Virus record (IMG/VR): IMGVR_UViG_3300046513_000171
Direction: 5' to 3' (one strand)
Length of the DNA stretch: 64,000 nucleotides
Origin: an uncultured virus (IMG/VR IMGVR_UViG_3300046513_000171)
Lineage: Duplodnaviria; Heunggongvirae; Uroviricota; Caudoviricetes
Shown: piece by piece, positions 8,801 to 19,800 of the stretch
How the letters are laid out: each line of letters opens with the position of its first letter
Position numbering within the stretch: the first letter of the stretch is position 1
Program-made: the position numbers and the translations under genes
Notes under the pieces: model-generated
What the model was told of the DNA's origin: nothing
The model's database searches: none
The model's input: the letters and a program-made list of their open reading frames with translations, nothing else

Positions 8801-10408
8801 AACATGCAGCGCGCGCTGACCAACATCGCCACCGTCGAGCAGGCGCGCACGCAGATCCTGACGGCGCAGGACGCACTATGGGGGAACGCTGCCAGCCAGC
8901 AGGATGACATCCTGACGCAGATGTACGAGGCGGTGGCGGTCCAGAAGGCGCAGTACGAGCAGGCCAAGCAGATGGTCGCGCTGGGGGACTCGCGCGCGTC
9001 GCAGGAAGAGATCGCGTACGCGCGGCAGGCCAACACGCTGTCGCTCGCCCGGCAGCTGTTTGACATCGAGCAGCAGCGTCAGAAACTGCTGATGGACAAC
9101 GCGTTCTCGCTGCAGAACGTGTACCAGCAGACGCTCAACGCGGTGGACGCGCAGATCTCCGCGCTGGAGAAGTCGCGCACCACCCTCGCCGACCAGGCCG
9201 TCACGGGCTTCAGCTCGGGGCTCGGCAAGGCGAATGATTCGCTGTTCCAGTCGTTCAAGGAAAAGAAGACGGCGGACGCGTACACGTTGCAGAACTTCAC
9301 CGGCAACATCGGCGGCGGCATCTACGACTCGATCACGCAATCGCTGTCCAAGGAGCTGACCGAGTCAACGCTCAAGGGCTTCCAGGGTCTTCTGAAGGCG
9401 ACGGGCGCGGTGTCGATCGCGGACGCCGCGCGCGAGAAGGCGCAGCAGGATCTGGCACTGAACACCGCGTCGATGACGGAATCGCTGGGCGTGACGATCC
9501 CTGACCTGTTGCGCAAGCAGCTCGGCTACATGGACGGCACGCTGACGCCGACCGGGCCGGTGGGCAATGCCGCCGTCCCCGGCGGCCACGGGGCACTCTC
9601 CCAGGCCGACCAGAATGCGCAGAACGGTGTGATCGGGCAGGCCGACTTCACCCGCGCCACCGGCAAGCCTTCGGACATCAGCAACGCAACCTCCGCGCTG
9701 CAGACGTTTGGCAAAGAGTCCGATTCAACGCTCAGCCAGTTCGGCCTGACGGCATCGAGCGCTGCGAGCCTGCTCTACACGGGCGTGGTGGCCGCGACCT
9801 CGGGCAGCTCGAAGGCGATCAAGAACTACGTGATCTACGCGACCGCGCAGCTGCTCGAACTGTATGCGATCCAGAAGCTCGTAGGCCTGATCGGCGCCGC
9901 AGCGGGGGGTGCAGGCGCCGCCGCTGGCGAAGGGGTGCAGGTCGGCGCGGTCGCCACGCCCACTGTCACCTCCACACCGCTCTATGCCGACGGTGTCGCG
10001 AGCGTCGACAAGGACGGCTACATCACCGCGCCGGGCGGCCCGAAGGACGACCGCGGCCTCGCGTGGCTATCCAACGGCGAGTCGGTGCTCACGGCTGCCG
10101 CCACCAAGTACTACGGCGCCGACCGCATCGCGCGCATGAACAAGATGCAGCTGCCGCGCTTTGCCGACGGACGGGTCGGTGCGGGCGCCGGTAGCGGCGT
10201 TTCAGGCGGCGGCAACGTGTACATCGACATGAACTTCGCGAGCGGCGGCGGCAGCAGCACGGACGGCAAGGCGGGCGTGTCGGACGCCGCGCAGAACGGC
10301 CAGATGGCGCGCGATCTCGAATCGGCCGTGCTGAAGGTGATCTCGAAATACTCCCAGCCTGGTGGTGCGGTCTACACCACCATTCGCCAGATTGCAGGAC
10401 GACCCTAA
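5894..10408 (+). CDS. Tape measure protein
   Basis: 1504 aa, Ala/Gln-rich and helical; lambda-type ALAMTGNYAGTT segment; C-terminal GPKDD…LSNGESV motif; canonical position. Confidence 0.92.
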   Translation: MAEQAGGVALVATLDYGPALAALREFQKAVTEVENSGAQISKLQDDMLRVNARLQENVAAQQASAAEMEVLIQKTNQLTAAQDKEAGEADKANRAQANAMRAQIKDAEYLNKTLEQRQQILARISASLKGQDVSELQPKQAEVLAARYGQLAVTEYAGGGLAQASLAQQRIAEQEALAQQERRMKQAKLADDAQAALLEKQLAADTAAAQIASDQAILAEREEAAVAQKKLTAARIADNQQAALLEKQLAADAATAQIAADQAILAEREEAAVAQKRLNAARLADDAQVVLLEKEIAAGEAAARVTADQAILAERAERVAAEAALAAARLADDEQVALLEKAIYALEVENIKERDRLILAEQAEYLAAQKRAASEQAAVEAARAAEIKRSADYETSTVSSKMKMLKSIAEAEKMSGPLSQNPSVASLFPTSALSDYAMIGAGADAYHKFRMELEAVGKGAASAATGIKATAQEAREVVTIAKDVGTGEWGRFTSSFVRLLTLSGTFDGILGPLGLAIGAVGTGVAILGLAAVKGAEEQNKLNLALAMTGNYAGTTVEGLEQIAHAATSMGGTIGEAKEVVAQLAETGKFTSGQILNIATAVVELGHAGGDTSKVLREFQSLAQDPLTATERSVGALTMALAKLNEQYHFLTDEQYEEVRLLEKSGQTQEAARVATELYAEAVQERAKQVVEAQGWILQGWHAIKEGASAAWDAMMGLGRDVGTSGRIAQLEAQIKGAQATQGGPFAAGPGEAGYVDTDAIKSELASLYEQRRLETADAAKQSEKAQSDAALIAATAWHDRFDQKFWSPAQKRAAEIAEYYKAIDPLRKAGKIDEATIASDIANINAKYHDKAPKRGHIDPTDYEAAKVQATLDADAVKQAQQLLNLRKQIGLYVTDENRQHLLTLQAQAEISAYDAQREKILKDIKNADRNGNPNSKQHLVEELDTLERQHRSKMDNLELDFEAQTVALNMQRALTNIATVEQARTQILTAQDALWGNAASQQDDILTQMYEAVAVQKAQYEQAKQMVALGDSRASQEEIAYARQANTLSLARQLFDIEQQRQKLLMDNAFSLQNVYQQTLNAVDAQISALEKSRTTLADQAVTGFSSGLGKANDSLFQSFKEKKTADAYTLQNFTGNIGGGIYDSITQSLSKELTESTLKGFQGLLKATGAVSIADAAREKAQQDLALNTASMTESLGVTIPDLLRKQLGYMDGTLTPTGPVGNAAVPGGHGALSQADQNAQNGVIGQADFTRATGKPSDISNATSALQTFGKESDSTLSQFGLTASSAASLLYTGVVAATSGSSKAIKNYVIYATAQLLELYAIQKLVGLIGAAAGGAGAAAGEGVQVGAVATPTVTSTPLYADGVASVDKDGYITAPGGPKDDRGLAWLSNGESVLTAAATKYYGADRIARMNKMQLPRFADGRVGAGAGSGVSGGGNVYIDMNFASGGGSSTDGKAGVSDAAQNGQMARDLESAVLKVISKYSQPGGAVYTTIRQIAGRP
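6461..6920 (+). repeat. 141-bp (47-aa) tandem repeats in the tape measure gene
   Basis: Units start at 6461, 6602, 6743 and 6884 (ADDxQxALLEK…DQAILAER…AARL). Confidence 0.85.
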
Positions 10409-10759
10409 ATGGCAGACCTCGAAATTTACGACTGGTTTTGCACCTACGGCGCGACCAACTCCGTCACGCCGAACGTGCTCTCCGCGCAGTTCGGCGACGG
10501 CTACTCGCAGGATGTGCCGAACGGGATCAACACCACGGCCGACTCGTGGGACATCACGTCGCGCCTGTCGCCGAGCGACGCCGACGACGCGTTCGAGTTC
10601 CTGCGCCGGCAAGGCGGCACTAGGCGCTTCTGGTGGCTGCCGCCGCGCTACGCCGACCCGATCAAGGTGAAGACCAAAGGCGCCTTCAAGAAGAACGAAG
10701 AGAGCTGGGGCTTCGTCGTTGTCTCGGCCACCTTCGTGCAGTGTTTCGACCCGGACTGA
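10409..10759 (+). CDS. Minor tail protein, lambda gpM-like (distal tail)
   Basis: FGDGYSQ…GIN, FLRRQGG..RFWWLPP and ATFVQCF motifs. Confidence 0.85.
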   Translation: MADLEIYDWFCTYGATNSVTPNVLSAQFGDGYSQDVPNGINTTADSWDITSRLSPSDADDAFEFLRRQGGTRRFWWLPPRYADPIKVKTKGAFKKNEESWGFVVVSATFVQCFDPD

Positions 10760-10769
10760 GGACTGACAC

Positions 10770-11474
10770 ATGACCACCGCCAACACCATCAACGCCGAGT
10801 GCATGCGGCTCGCGCCCGACGCACTGATCGAGCTGTACCTGCTCGACCTCAATCCGATCGGGCTCGCTTCCGTGCAGTACTTCCATTGCGGCACCAACGA
10901 GTTCCGCCAGCCGATCGTGTTTCAGGGCATCACCTACCAGCCGTACCCGGTCAACGTGACGGGCTTCGAACTGAACGGGCAGGGGCAGATGCCCACACCC
11001 GGCCTGGTGGTGTCCAACGTGAACGGCGCGATCTCGCAAACCATCATGCAGTATCAGGACATGGTGGGTGCCAAGCTCACGCGCAAGCGCACCTTCCGCA
11101 AGTTCCTCGACGGCATGCCCGACGCGAACCCGACCCAGGAGTTCCCGCAGGACGTCTTCTACCTCGGCCGCAAGACGGCTGAGAGTGACGACGTGGTGGC
11201 CTTCGACCTCGTCAGCTCGCTGGATCTGACGGGCATCACGCTGCCCAACCGGCAGGTCATCCAGAACAGCTGCCCGTGGGTCTACAAGAGTTCCGAGTGC
11301 AGCTGGGTGCCCATCGCGGGCTTCTATTTCGACATCAACGACCAGCCCGTCGCGCTACCGGGCGCGGACATCTGCGGCAAGCGGCTGGACAGCTGCAAAT
11401 GCCGTTTCGCCCACTTTGGCGCGAACCCTGACCTGCCGTTCGGCGGCTTTCCTGGAGCACGACGCTATGTCTGA
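10770..11474 (+). CDS. Minor tail protein, lambda gpL-like
   Basis: IELYLLDL, GAKLTRKRTF, Cys cluster CPW..K.SEC…CGKRLDSCKCRF, terminal FGGFPG. Confidence 0.9.
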   Translation: MTTANTINAECMRLAPDALIELYLLDLNPIGLASVQYFHCGTNEFRQPIVFQGITYQPYPVNVTGFELNGQGQMPTPGLVVSNVNGAISQTIMQYQDMVGAKLTRKRTFRKFLDGMPDANPTQEFPQDVFYLGRKTAESDDVVAFDLVSSLDLTGITLPNRQVIQNSCPWVYKSSECSWVPIAGFYFDINDQPVALPGADICGKRLDSCKCRFAHFGANPDLPFGGFPGARRYV

Positions 11475-12213
11475 TGTCATCCTGATCCGCCAGATGCTGG
11501 CGCGCATGGAGGAAGAGAAGGCCCTGCACCCCGACAAGCCGCTGGAGCTGTGCGGCGTGATCGTCGAGCGCGAGCACGGCAACGAACTGGTCGAATGCGC
11601 GAACGTGTCGACCGAGCCCGACCAGCAGTTCCGCATCGGAGCGGTCGAGTGGGCGAGGCTGCACAACAGCGAGAAGGTGGTGGCCGTATGGCACACGCAC
11701 CCGCGCGCCACCGCGCAGCCTACCCAGGCTGATCTCGTGCAGCTGGAGCCCTCGGGCCTGCCGTGGCATATCGTCGGCGCGGACGGCAGCCACAGCCTGA
11801 CGCTGCCCACCGGCTACGTGGCGCCCTACGTCGGACGCGAGTTCTATCACGGCATCCTCGACTGCTACGCGCTGTGCCGGGACTGGTACAGCCGCGAGAT
11901 GGGTATCGAGCTGCCCGACGTCGAGCGCGCGGATGACTGGTGGAGTAACGGCGGCAACATGTACGTCGAGCAGTTCACCCAGCACGGCTTCCGGGAGGTG
12001 TCGCCCGAGGTCAACTTCAACGATCTGAAGCGCGGCGACGGGTTGCTGATGCAGATGGCCTCGCGCGTGCCGAATCATGGTGCGATCTACCTGGGTGACG
12101 GTACAATCCTGCACCATAGACACGGTCGGTTGTCCGAAATTGTTCCCTACACCTTCGGCAGCGACTGGTTCAAGAGGACTACTCACCACCTGCGACACGA
12201 GAGCCAGCTATGA
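11467..12213 (+). CDS. Tail assembly protein, lambda gpK-like (JAB + NlpC/P60)
   Basis: ELCG, HTHP…PTQAD JAB motif; DCYALCRDWY and NHGAIYLGDG.ILHH NlpC motifs. Confidence 0.9.
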   Translation: MSDVILIRQMLARMEEEKALHPDKPLELCGVIVEREHGNELVECANVSTEPDQQFRIGAVEWARLHNSEKVVAVWHTHPRATAQPTQADLVQLEPSGLPWHIVGADGSHSLTLPTGYVAPYVGREFYHGILDCYALCRDWYSREMGIELPDVERADDWWSNGGNMYVEQFTQHGFREVSPEVNFNDLKRGDGLLMQMASRVPNHGAIYLGDGTILHHRHGRLSEIVPYTFGSDWFKRTTHHLRHESQL

Positions 12214-12863
12214 GCGCGCGCGTCATCGACAACGAAACCGTGGAAGTCGTGCTCGCCGGCCAGCTCGGCGAGCTGTTCGGCCGCACCCACCACCTCGTGG
12301 CCAGCACGACGGCCGAGGTGTTCCGCCTGCTCGGCATGAACTATCCGGAGTTCAAGCAGAAGCTGATCGAGGACTCGCAGGCGGGGGCCGAGTATCAGAT
12401 CGTGGTCGACGACGGTGCGCGCGGCGTCGGCGAGAAGGAGCTGACGCTGCCTATCGCCGGCAAGCGGCTGACGATCGTGCATGTGATACAGGGCGGCGGC
12501 GGCAAGCTCTTCTCGGCGGTCGAGTTCGTGGTCGGCCTGATCATTCTCGCGGTGTGCTGGTGGAACCCGTTCGGCTGGGTAGCGGGCGGCGGCATGATGA
12601 TGGCAGCCGTGGGCCTGGGCGTGTCGCTCACGCTGGGCGGCATCACAGGGCTGCTGACCACCATCCCGAAAAACAGTAACGGCGGCAATAGCGGCGACTC
12701 GCTCAGCTCGTTCTACTTCAACGGCCCGGCCAACACACAGCAACAGGGTGCGCCCGTGCCCGTCGTCTACGGCCGCGTGCTGATCGGCTCACAGGCCATC
12801 TCGGCAGCGCTGTCGGCGGTGGATCTGGCGAACGCACCCGCCGAAACGGGGAACCTCACTTGA
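12210..12863 (+). CDS. Tail assembly protein, lambda gpI-like
   Basis: LAGQLGELFGR N-terminus, hydrophobic middle, FNGPANT.QQGAPVPVVYG. Confidence 0.88.
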   Translation: MSARVIDNETVEVVLAGQLGELFGRTHHLVASTTAEVFRLLGMNYPEFKQKLIEDSQAGAEYQIVVDDGARGVGEKELTLPIAGKRLTIVHVIQGGGGKLFSAVEFVVGLIILAVCWWNPFGWVAGGGMMMAAVGLGVSLTLGGITGLLTTIPKNSNGGNSGDSLSSFYFNGPANTQQQGAPVPVVYGRVLIGSQAISAALSAVDLANAPAETGNLT

Positions 12864-15800
12864 ACGCGCCCTTTCCGCGACGCTTCGCGCACTACCCGGC
12901 TCAGAAAATTGTCGCCCGCATCCCCACTCCGCCGCGCGGCGCGGGCGGCGGCAAGGATGGCGGAGGCTCAGCCAACACGCCCACGGAAGATCCCGACTCG
13001 CTGCAGTCGGTCGCCTTCGTGTCGCTGCTCGACCTGCTGTGTGAGGGTGAGATCAAGGGGCTGGTGCAGGGTGGTCTGAACCCGAGCGTCGCAGGCGCCC
13101 AGACGGACGCGATCTTTCTGGATAACGTCCCCATCACCACCAACGGCTCTCCGAACTTCAACGGCTATAAGGTTGCGTGGGTGAACGGCACGCAGAGCCA
13201 GCCGGTGGTTCCCGGCTTCGGCTCGGTCTACACGAGCACGCAGCTGGGTACCCAGGTCAAGAAGGGTGTGCCGATCCAGACGGCCATCGACAACCCCGAG
13301 GCGAACGCCTGCGTGGTCACGCTGTCGGTGTCCGCGCTTTACAGCGTGAACGCGTCAACAGGCGACGTGCATGGCAGCTCGGTCGAGATGGTGGTCGAGT
13401 ACCAGTCAAGTGGCAGCCTGGCGTGGACCCAGGTGGTCGATATGACGATCACGGGCAAGACGCGCAGCAAGTACCAGCGCAGCGCCCGCTTCGACCTGCA
13501 GGGCGCGGGCCCGTGGCTCGTGCGCGTGCGCCGTATCACAGACGACTCGACCAGCTCCACGCTGATCAACGACACCTTCTTCGACGTGCTCGAATCAGTG
13601 GTCGACCAGCGGCTGCGCTACCCGAACTCGGCGCTCGTCGGCCTGAACATCGACGCACGCCAGTTCAGCAGCGTGCCGGGCCGCAGCTACCTGATCGACG
13701 GGCTGCTGGTGCGCGTGCCGAACAACTACGACCCGGATCTGCGCACCTACAGCGGCGCATGGAACGGCGGCTTCAAGCTCGCCTTCACCGACAACCCGGC
13801 GTGGTGTTTCTACGACCTGATCACCTCGACCCGCTATGGGCTGGGCAACTACCTGTCCGATTCGACCATCGACAAGACGGCGCTCTACCAGATCAGTCAG
13901 TACTGCGACGAGATGGTACCCGACGGCTTTGGCGGGCTGGAGCCACGCTTCACCTGCAACATGGTGATCAACAACGCCAAGGAAGCGTACCAGTGCGTGC
14001 AGGACATGCTGTCGATCTTCCGCGGCATGAGCTACTGGGCGGCCGGCAATATCCTCGTCACGCAGGACGCGCCGCATACGCCCGTCAAGACGTTCAGCCG
14101 CGCGAACGTGATCAACGGCAAGTTCCAGTACCAGGGAACGGCGCTCAAGGACCGGCACAGCGTCGCGCTGGTGCGCTGGAACGACCCCGCCCAGCAGTAC
14201 CAGCAGAACACCGAGTACGTCGAAAACGCCGATGCGCTGCAGCGCTTTGGCGTAAAGGTCACGGAGATCATGGCCGTTGGCTGCACCTCGCGAGGACAGG
14301 CCCACCGGCTGGGCCAGTGGGCGCTGATCAGCGAGCTGGCCGACACCGACCAGCTGACCTTCCAGGCCGGGCTCGACGCCGCGATGCTCACGCCGGGCGA
14401 GATCATCTACGTCGCTGACCCGACGCGCAGCACCAAGCGCATCGGCGGCCGGATCATGAAGGCCGACGTCAACACGATCACGCTCGATGCGCCCGTTGTG
14501 CTCGACCCCGGCGTCACCTACTCGATCATCTACTACGACGGCGACGGCAACAGCCACCAGGCGCAAGTCCTGAATACAGTCAATACGACGGCGCTGCTGA
14601 GCTTCGTGTCGCCCGTCGCTAACGTGCCGCAGCCGGGCTTCATGTGGGTGCTGACGGGCTCGAACCTCGTGCCGCAGACTTTTCGCGTGCTCAACGTGAA
14701 GGAGTCCGAGAAGAACCAGTTCGACGTGACGGCCGTCACCTACAACGCCTCGAAGTACAGCGCGATCGATTTCGGCACCAAGCTGCAGATGCCGCCCATC
14801 GGTTACGGCGACGCGCTCGGCGCGGCATTGCCGACGCTGTGGTCGCTCACCGAGACGACGTTCCTCGCGGCACCTGGCGTGATCGGCTCGAAGATCATCA
14901 TGAGCTGGTCGGGCAACACCACCCACTTCATGATCCAGTGGCGCGTAAATGGCGGCATCTGGATGAGCGACACGACGCGCACGCCCGGCTACGAGATCGA
15001 TGGCGTGACCAAGGGAGACATCTACGACTTCAAGGTCTACGGCATCAGCTCGGACGGCTCGCTGTCGCCTTCGCTGGACGAGACCTACACGATCCAGGGC
15101 AGCAGCGCACCGCCGGGAGCCTGCACGTCACTCACGGGCGCGGCAGACTTCCGCAGCGCGATCCTGAACTGGGCGGCGCCGTCCGACCTCGACCTGAACT
15201 ACTTCCAGGTCGCCTACAGCGGCACCAACAATATCGCCACGGCCGCCATTATTGGCGACAAGATCGGCTCGACCAACTGGACGGTGGGCGGCCTCACGCC
15301 CACCGTGCCGTACTACTTTTGGGTGCGCGCGGTCGACACCAGCGGCAACGTCGGGCCGTGGAACAGCAACGTCGGCACGCAGGTGATCCCGAAACAGGGC
15401 GGCACGCTCGACATCGAGAACCTGTCGGTCACCAATGCGAAGATCGCCAACGCCGCGATCGGCACGGCCAACATCCAGAACGCGGCGATCACGGCTGCGC
15501 TGATCGCCAACGCGCAGATCCTGGCCGCACACATCGCCAACGCGCAGATCCAGACGGCACACATCGGCGTCGCGCAGATCGACACGCTGCGCATCGGCGG
15601 TAACGCGGTGACGACGATGGCGTCCTACGGTGTTGGCAACGGCAGCGTGATCAACTACGCGGCGGGCGGCGGCGCCATGCTGGTGTTCCTGACGGGCAAC
15701 GTCGGCCAGCCGCCGTCGGGCTCGGGCAACGCCTCGGCAGCCACCAACGTTGGGGGTACCGTATCGATCTCCGGTACTGCGGGTATTCCGCAAAGTAACG

Positions 15801-15898
15801 TCATAACCATCGGCAACTACTCAGGAAACCTGCAGATTGTGGTGAGCGTAAACAACTGCACGAACCTGGCGGTAACCGTCTTCGAGGCAAAGCGATGA
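12860..15898 (+). CDS. Central tail tip/host specificity protein, lambda gpJ-like
   Basis: DLLCEGEIKG, YPNSALVG, TDNPAWCFYD, EPRFTCN, GCTSRGQAHR.G.W motifs; FN3-like domain; C-terminal NAxI pentapeptide repeats. Confidence 0.92.
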   Translation: MNAPFPRRFAHYPAQKIVARIPTPPRGAGGGKDGGGSANTPTEDPDSLQSVAFVSLLDLLCEGEIKGLVQGGLNPSVAGAQTDAIFLDNVPITTNGSPNFNGYKVAWVNGTQSQPVVPGFGSVYTSTQLGTQVKKGVPIQTAIDNPEANACVVTLSVSALYSVNASTGDVHGSSVEMVVEYQSSGSLAWTQVVDMTITGKTRSKYQRSARFDLQGAGPWLVRVRRITDDSTSSTLINDTFFDVLESVVDQRLRYPNSALVGLNIDARQFSSVPGRSYLIDGLLVRVPNNYDPDLRTYSGAWNGGFKLAFTDNPAWCFYDLITSTRYGLGNYLSDSTIDKTALYQISQYCDEMVPDGFGGLEPRFTCNMVINNAKEAYQCVQDMLSIFRGMSYWAAGNILVTQDAPHTPVKTFSRANVINGKFQYQGTALKDRHSVALVRWNDPAQQYQQNTEYVENADALQRFGVKVTEIMAVGCTSRGQAHRLGQWALISELADTDQLTFQAGLDAAMLTPGEIIYVADPTRSTKRIGGRIMKADVNTITLDAPVVLDPGVTYSIIYYDGDGNSHQAQVLNTVNTTALLSFVSPVANVPQPGFMWVLTGSNLVPQTFRVLNVKESEKNQFDVTAVTYNASKYSAIDFGTKLQMPPIGYGDALGAALPTLWSLTETTFLAAPGVIGSKIIMSWSGNTTHFMIQWRVNGGIWMSDTTRTPGYEIDGVTKGDIYDFKVYGISSDGSLSPSLDETYTIQGSSAPPGACTSLTGAADFRSAILNWAAPSDLDLNYFQVAYSGTNNIATAAIIGDKIGSTNWTVGGLTPTVPYYFWVRAVDTSGNVGPWNSNVGTQVIPKQGGTLDIENLSVTNAKIANAAIGTANIQNAAITAALIANAQILAAHIANAQIQTAHIGVAQIDTLRIGGNAVTTMASYGVGNGSVINYAAGGGAMLVFLTGNVGQPPSGSGNASAATNVGGTVSISGTAGIPQSNVITIGNYSGNLQIVVSVNNCTNLAVTVFEAKR

Positions 15899-16284
15899 TC
15901 CCTACTGACGCACTAGGCAACGTGGACTTCGTGTGCGCTGACGCTGACGGCCGCATCGACCACACGGGCAACGCGCCGCGCTACATTTTCGAGGCCCACC
16001 AGCGGGAGGTGGGCCGCCGCTACATCGAGGGGCGGGGCTCGATCGAGGGCCACTACGTGACGGCTGACGACCAGGTAGTTGCCAGGCAGTCCAATCCGTC
16101 AAGCCTCGACGGCATGAAAATTTCGAACGTGCCGAACCCGTCCACGGTTACAATCGGCACCGAACTGCCCGTCGATATTCAGGACGGCGAAATAGATCTG
16201 GAGTTCGCCTACCCCGGCACGTACCTCGTGGTGATTGAGTCGTGGCCGTACCTGGCGGCGAAGTTTGAGGTAACCCAGCCATGA
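15895..16284 (+). CDS. Hypothetical tail-associated protein
   Basis: ATGA overlap with gpJ, 129 aa. Confidence 0.6.
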   Translation: MIPTDALGNVDFVCADADGRIDHTGNAPRYIFEAHQREVGRRYIEGRGSIEGHYVTADDQVVARQSNPSSLDGMKISNVPNPSTVTIGTELPVDIQDGEIDLEFAYPGTYLVVIESWPYLAAKFEVTQP

Positions 16285-16478
16285 CAAAAATAGTTCACGC
16301 ACCTAACCCCGCGCCGCTGCGCGCCGTCTCGTACCCGGACTACGGGGACCAGATGGACGAATTGTGGAAGGGCTTCGAGGCGCTGCTTAACGGACAGCCG
16401 GTGCCGCAGAGCACGCTGGACATGCTCGCGCGCATCAAGGCGGTCAAGGCGAAATACCCGAAAAGGAAGGCGACATGA
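16281..16478 (+). CDS. Small tail-fibre-associated protein
   Basis: 65 aa; R…YP..GDQ.D.LWK…IKAVKAKYPK pattern is common in phage tail regions. Confidence 0.6.
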   Translation: MTKIVHAPNPAPLRAVSYPDYGDQMDELWKGFEALLNGQPVPQSTLDMLARIKAVKAKYPKRKAT

Positions 16479-16885
16479 GCGGCGCAGCGCTGGACCTGTA
16501 CATCGAGCAGGGTGACGACTGGACGCCCATCTGGACGCTGCGGTTCAAGGCGAACGCGCAGCCGATGGACCTGACGGGCTATACGGCGCGCATGCAGATC
16601 CGCTCGTCCTACTCCGCGACGGCCACGCTGGTTGACCTGCAGTCCGCCACGGGCGGCATTGCGCTGGGCGGCGTGAACGGCACGATCCAGCCGAAGCTCA
16701 CCGATACGCAGACGATGGCGTTTTTCCCGGTGGGCGGCCCTGCGCCGAACCCGGTGAACGTCAAGGTCAATGACCGGCCCTTCACGCTGGTGGGCGCCTA
16801 CGACCTGAAGCTCACGAGCCCGGCAGGCAATACCTTGACCGTCGCGGGCGGCCGCGTGTACTGCTCGCCCGACGTAACCCGATAA
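16475..16885 (+). CDS. Putative fibre adaptor/baseplate-upper-like protein
   Basis: L.IEQGDDW…P.DLTGYTARMQIR…YDL…G.V..SPDVTR pattern; located just before the fibre gene. Confidence 0.5.
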   Translation: MSGAALDLYIEQGDDWTPIWTLRFKANAQPMDLTGYTARMQIRSSYSATATLVDLQSATGGIALGGVNGTIQPKLTDTQTMAFFPVGGPAPNPVNVKVNDRPFTLVGAYDLKLTSPAGNTLTVAGGRVYCSPDVTR

Positions 16886-16898
16886 TCAGGACCGCGAA

Positions 16899-19800
16899 AT
16901 GGCCTCGGATCTCGAACTTGTAGTAGACGACAGCAACGTCATCGAGTTGCACGACTCGGATGTCGGCGGCACGGCTGCGGCTGGCGCAGCCACCAGTGCG
17001 TCAGCAGCCGCTGCCAGTGCGACAGCCGCGGCCGGAAGCGCGACGGCAGCCGCAGGCAGCGCTACGGCGGCGAGCGGCAGCGCGATGTCGGCCACGGCCT
17101 CGAAGAACGCGGCTGCCACGTCGGCGACCAATGCGGCCACGAGCGAGACGAATGCGCTCGCCTCGAAGAACGCGGCTGCCACGTCGGCGACTAATGCGGC
17201 CACGAGCGAGACGAATGCGCTCGCCTCGAAGAACGCTGCGGCGACATCCGCGACCAACGCGGCAACCAGCGAGACGAATGCGCTCGCCTCGAAGAACGCA
17301 GCCGCCACGTCGGCAACAGCCGCTGCCACGTCGGCGACCAACGCCGCCACGTCGGCGACCAACGCCGCCACGAGCGAGACGAACGCGGCGGCCAGCGCGA
17401 GCGCGGTGAACGGCATCCTGACCAAGGACGTCAGCTCCGCGGACGTGACGCTCACCACCCTCGAAGCGGGCAACGGCATCTATCGCTTCACGGGCACGCT
17501 GACGGGCAACCGCATCGTCACGATCCCGAACACCGGGCACCCGTTCGTCGCGGAGAACCTGACCACCACGGGCGACAGCTTCACGCTCACCCTGAAGGCG
17601 GCCGGGCAGACCCCGTCGATCTCGCTGCTGCGCGGCAAGCCCGCCTCGGGCTTCTGTGACGGCACGGGCGTGTACGCCACGACCTCCAGCCCCGGCCTGG
17701 GCTACAGCAACATCGCGACGGCAGCCGTCGACACGGCGCTCACGCTGTCGAACGTGGGCGGCCTGTTCGTGCAGTCGGGCGCGGGCAGGACCACCACGCT
17801 GCCGAAGGCGTCCACCATCCCTGCCGGGCTCGGGGTGGCTGTCCAGATGGCAGCGGCGTCGAGCATCGCCCTGAACGGCACGGACACGGCCACGGGCATC
17901 ACCATGCCGTACAGCGGTGTGCTGCTCGACACGTTTTTCTTCGTCTCGGACGGTGTATCGAACTGGAAGCTGCAGTTCTACGCCAACAAGACGACGCCGA
18001 AGTTCGACACCAGTGTCAGCGCGCCGCGCGTGCTGGCCGGCGGTGTGACGGATGATGGCGTAACCTCGCTGCAGGCGAGCACGACGCACTTTGGCAACCT
18101 GTACGGCACGGCTAAACCGAACCTCGTGGTCAACGGTAGCGGCGAGTTGGGTCTGGTAGGGTGGACCGCTGGACCGTCGGCGCTGAGTGTCGTGACGGAC
18201 AGCGACGGCACCTACTTCAAGGGCGCCGCAAACGGTGTGTCCACCACCAACTCGTGGTCCAGTGCGCCGTTCCCGGTATCGCCGAACCAGATCCACTCGG
18301 CGCAGGCTGAGGTGCAGGTGGATGCGGGGGCGACGGGCACCTACTACGTGGACGTGCTGTACTACAGCACAGCAGACGGCTCTGGCGCAGCCGTGCTCGA
18401 TGGCTCGAACTCCTTGCTCAGCGCGACCGATGGCGCGTGGCATTCGTGCCAGGGTACGGATAGCGCAGCTCCGGCGAACGCTTTGTCGGCACGCGTGCGC
18501 ATTGTGGTGACTTCGGCCACGTGGACGACGCTCAAGTTCCGCCGCGTCAAGGTCGAGCAGAACGCCGTGCGCTCGGTGTACTCGCAGGAAGCGACTATCG
18601 CGCAGGCCTTGTCGGGGAACAGCCCCGTCATCGCCTCGGGCGGCCTAACCTTCCCCGACGGCTCGCAGCAGACCACGGCACAAGGCCTCACGCAGGCCAC
18701 CTCGGTGCGCTATCTGGTCGGTGCCACCGACACGGTCGGCAGCTTCGCAGCGGGCGACACGTCGCTGCGCACGGGCGGCTTCGTGGCGCCGTATGTCGAG
18801 ATCCTGCGCAACGGGGATGAGCTGTATCAGGGCATCCACTACACGCTCAACGCCGACGGCATCCACATCAACGGGCTGGACCCGCTGCTGGCGGACGAAG
18901 ACCTGCTGATCAAGACGAAGTTTCCGTACAACCCGAGCACGGTGTATGCGCCGAACTTCCAGCCGCTGACAGTGGCTGCCGGTGCCACGACGATCCCGTT
19001 TGCGCATGTGCAGGGCTGCGCGCTGCTGGCAATGAACGGCGCGCTGCTCGACTATGGCACGGACTACACGGACGACGCGAACAACTTCTACCTGGCAGCG
19101 GCGGCGGGGGGTGAGAAGTACGGTGTGCTGAACCTGAATCCGATCACGATTGCCAACATGCTGGCGAACGTGAACCCGGTGATCGCCTCGGGTGTGCTGC
19201 AGTTTGCTGACGGCACGCAGCAGAACTCCGCAGCGCTACCGTCTGGCCAGTGCTATCTCAGCCTTGTTGGCGGCAACCTCGTGCTCGCCCGCAAGAACGG
19301 TAACAAGCTGTCCATCAACGGCAAGCTATACGCGATCCCGGCAGCCGGTGTGTCGCTGGCTGTGACGGGTGCAACCGCCTCGACGCTCTACTATATCTAC
19401 GCGTACATGAACGGTACGACGATGACGCTGGAGCGGGTCACAACGGGCCACAGCACGGATGCAAACACTGGCGTCGAGATCAAGACGGGTGATCCGTCAC
19501 GCACGCTGGTGGGGATGGCCTATTGCGACGGGACTGGCAACTGGCGCGATGACTCGGCAAACCGAATGGTGGCGAGCTACTTCAATCGGAAGGCACGCGG
19601 CGCATTCGGCAACATAGGGACTGTCGGCGGAATCACCACCACATCATATGGCAGCGATGTTGGTTCTGGAATGTCTGCGGTCACCTGGGCTGATGAACTC
19701 GTCATATCGAATCTGGACGTGACGCTGCAGAACAACACCGGGTCGGCGGTGACTTATGCGGTCATATCCATCGATGGAGTTGCCACAACAAGTTCTGAGG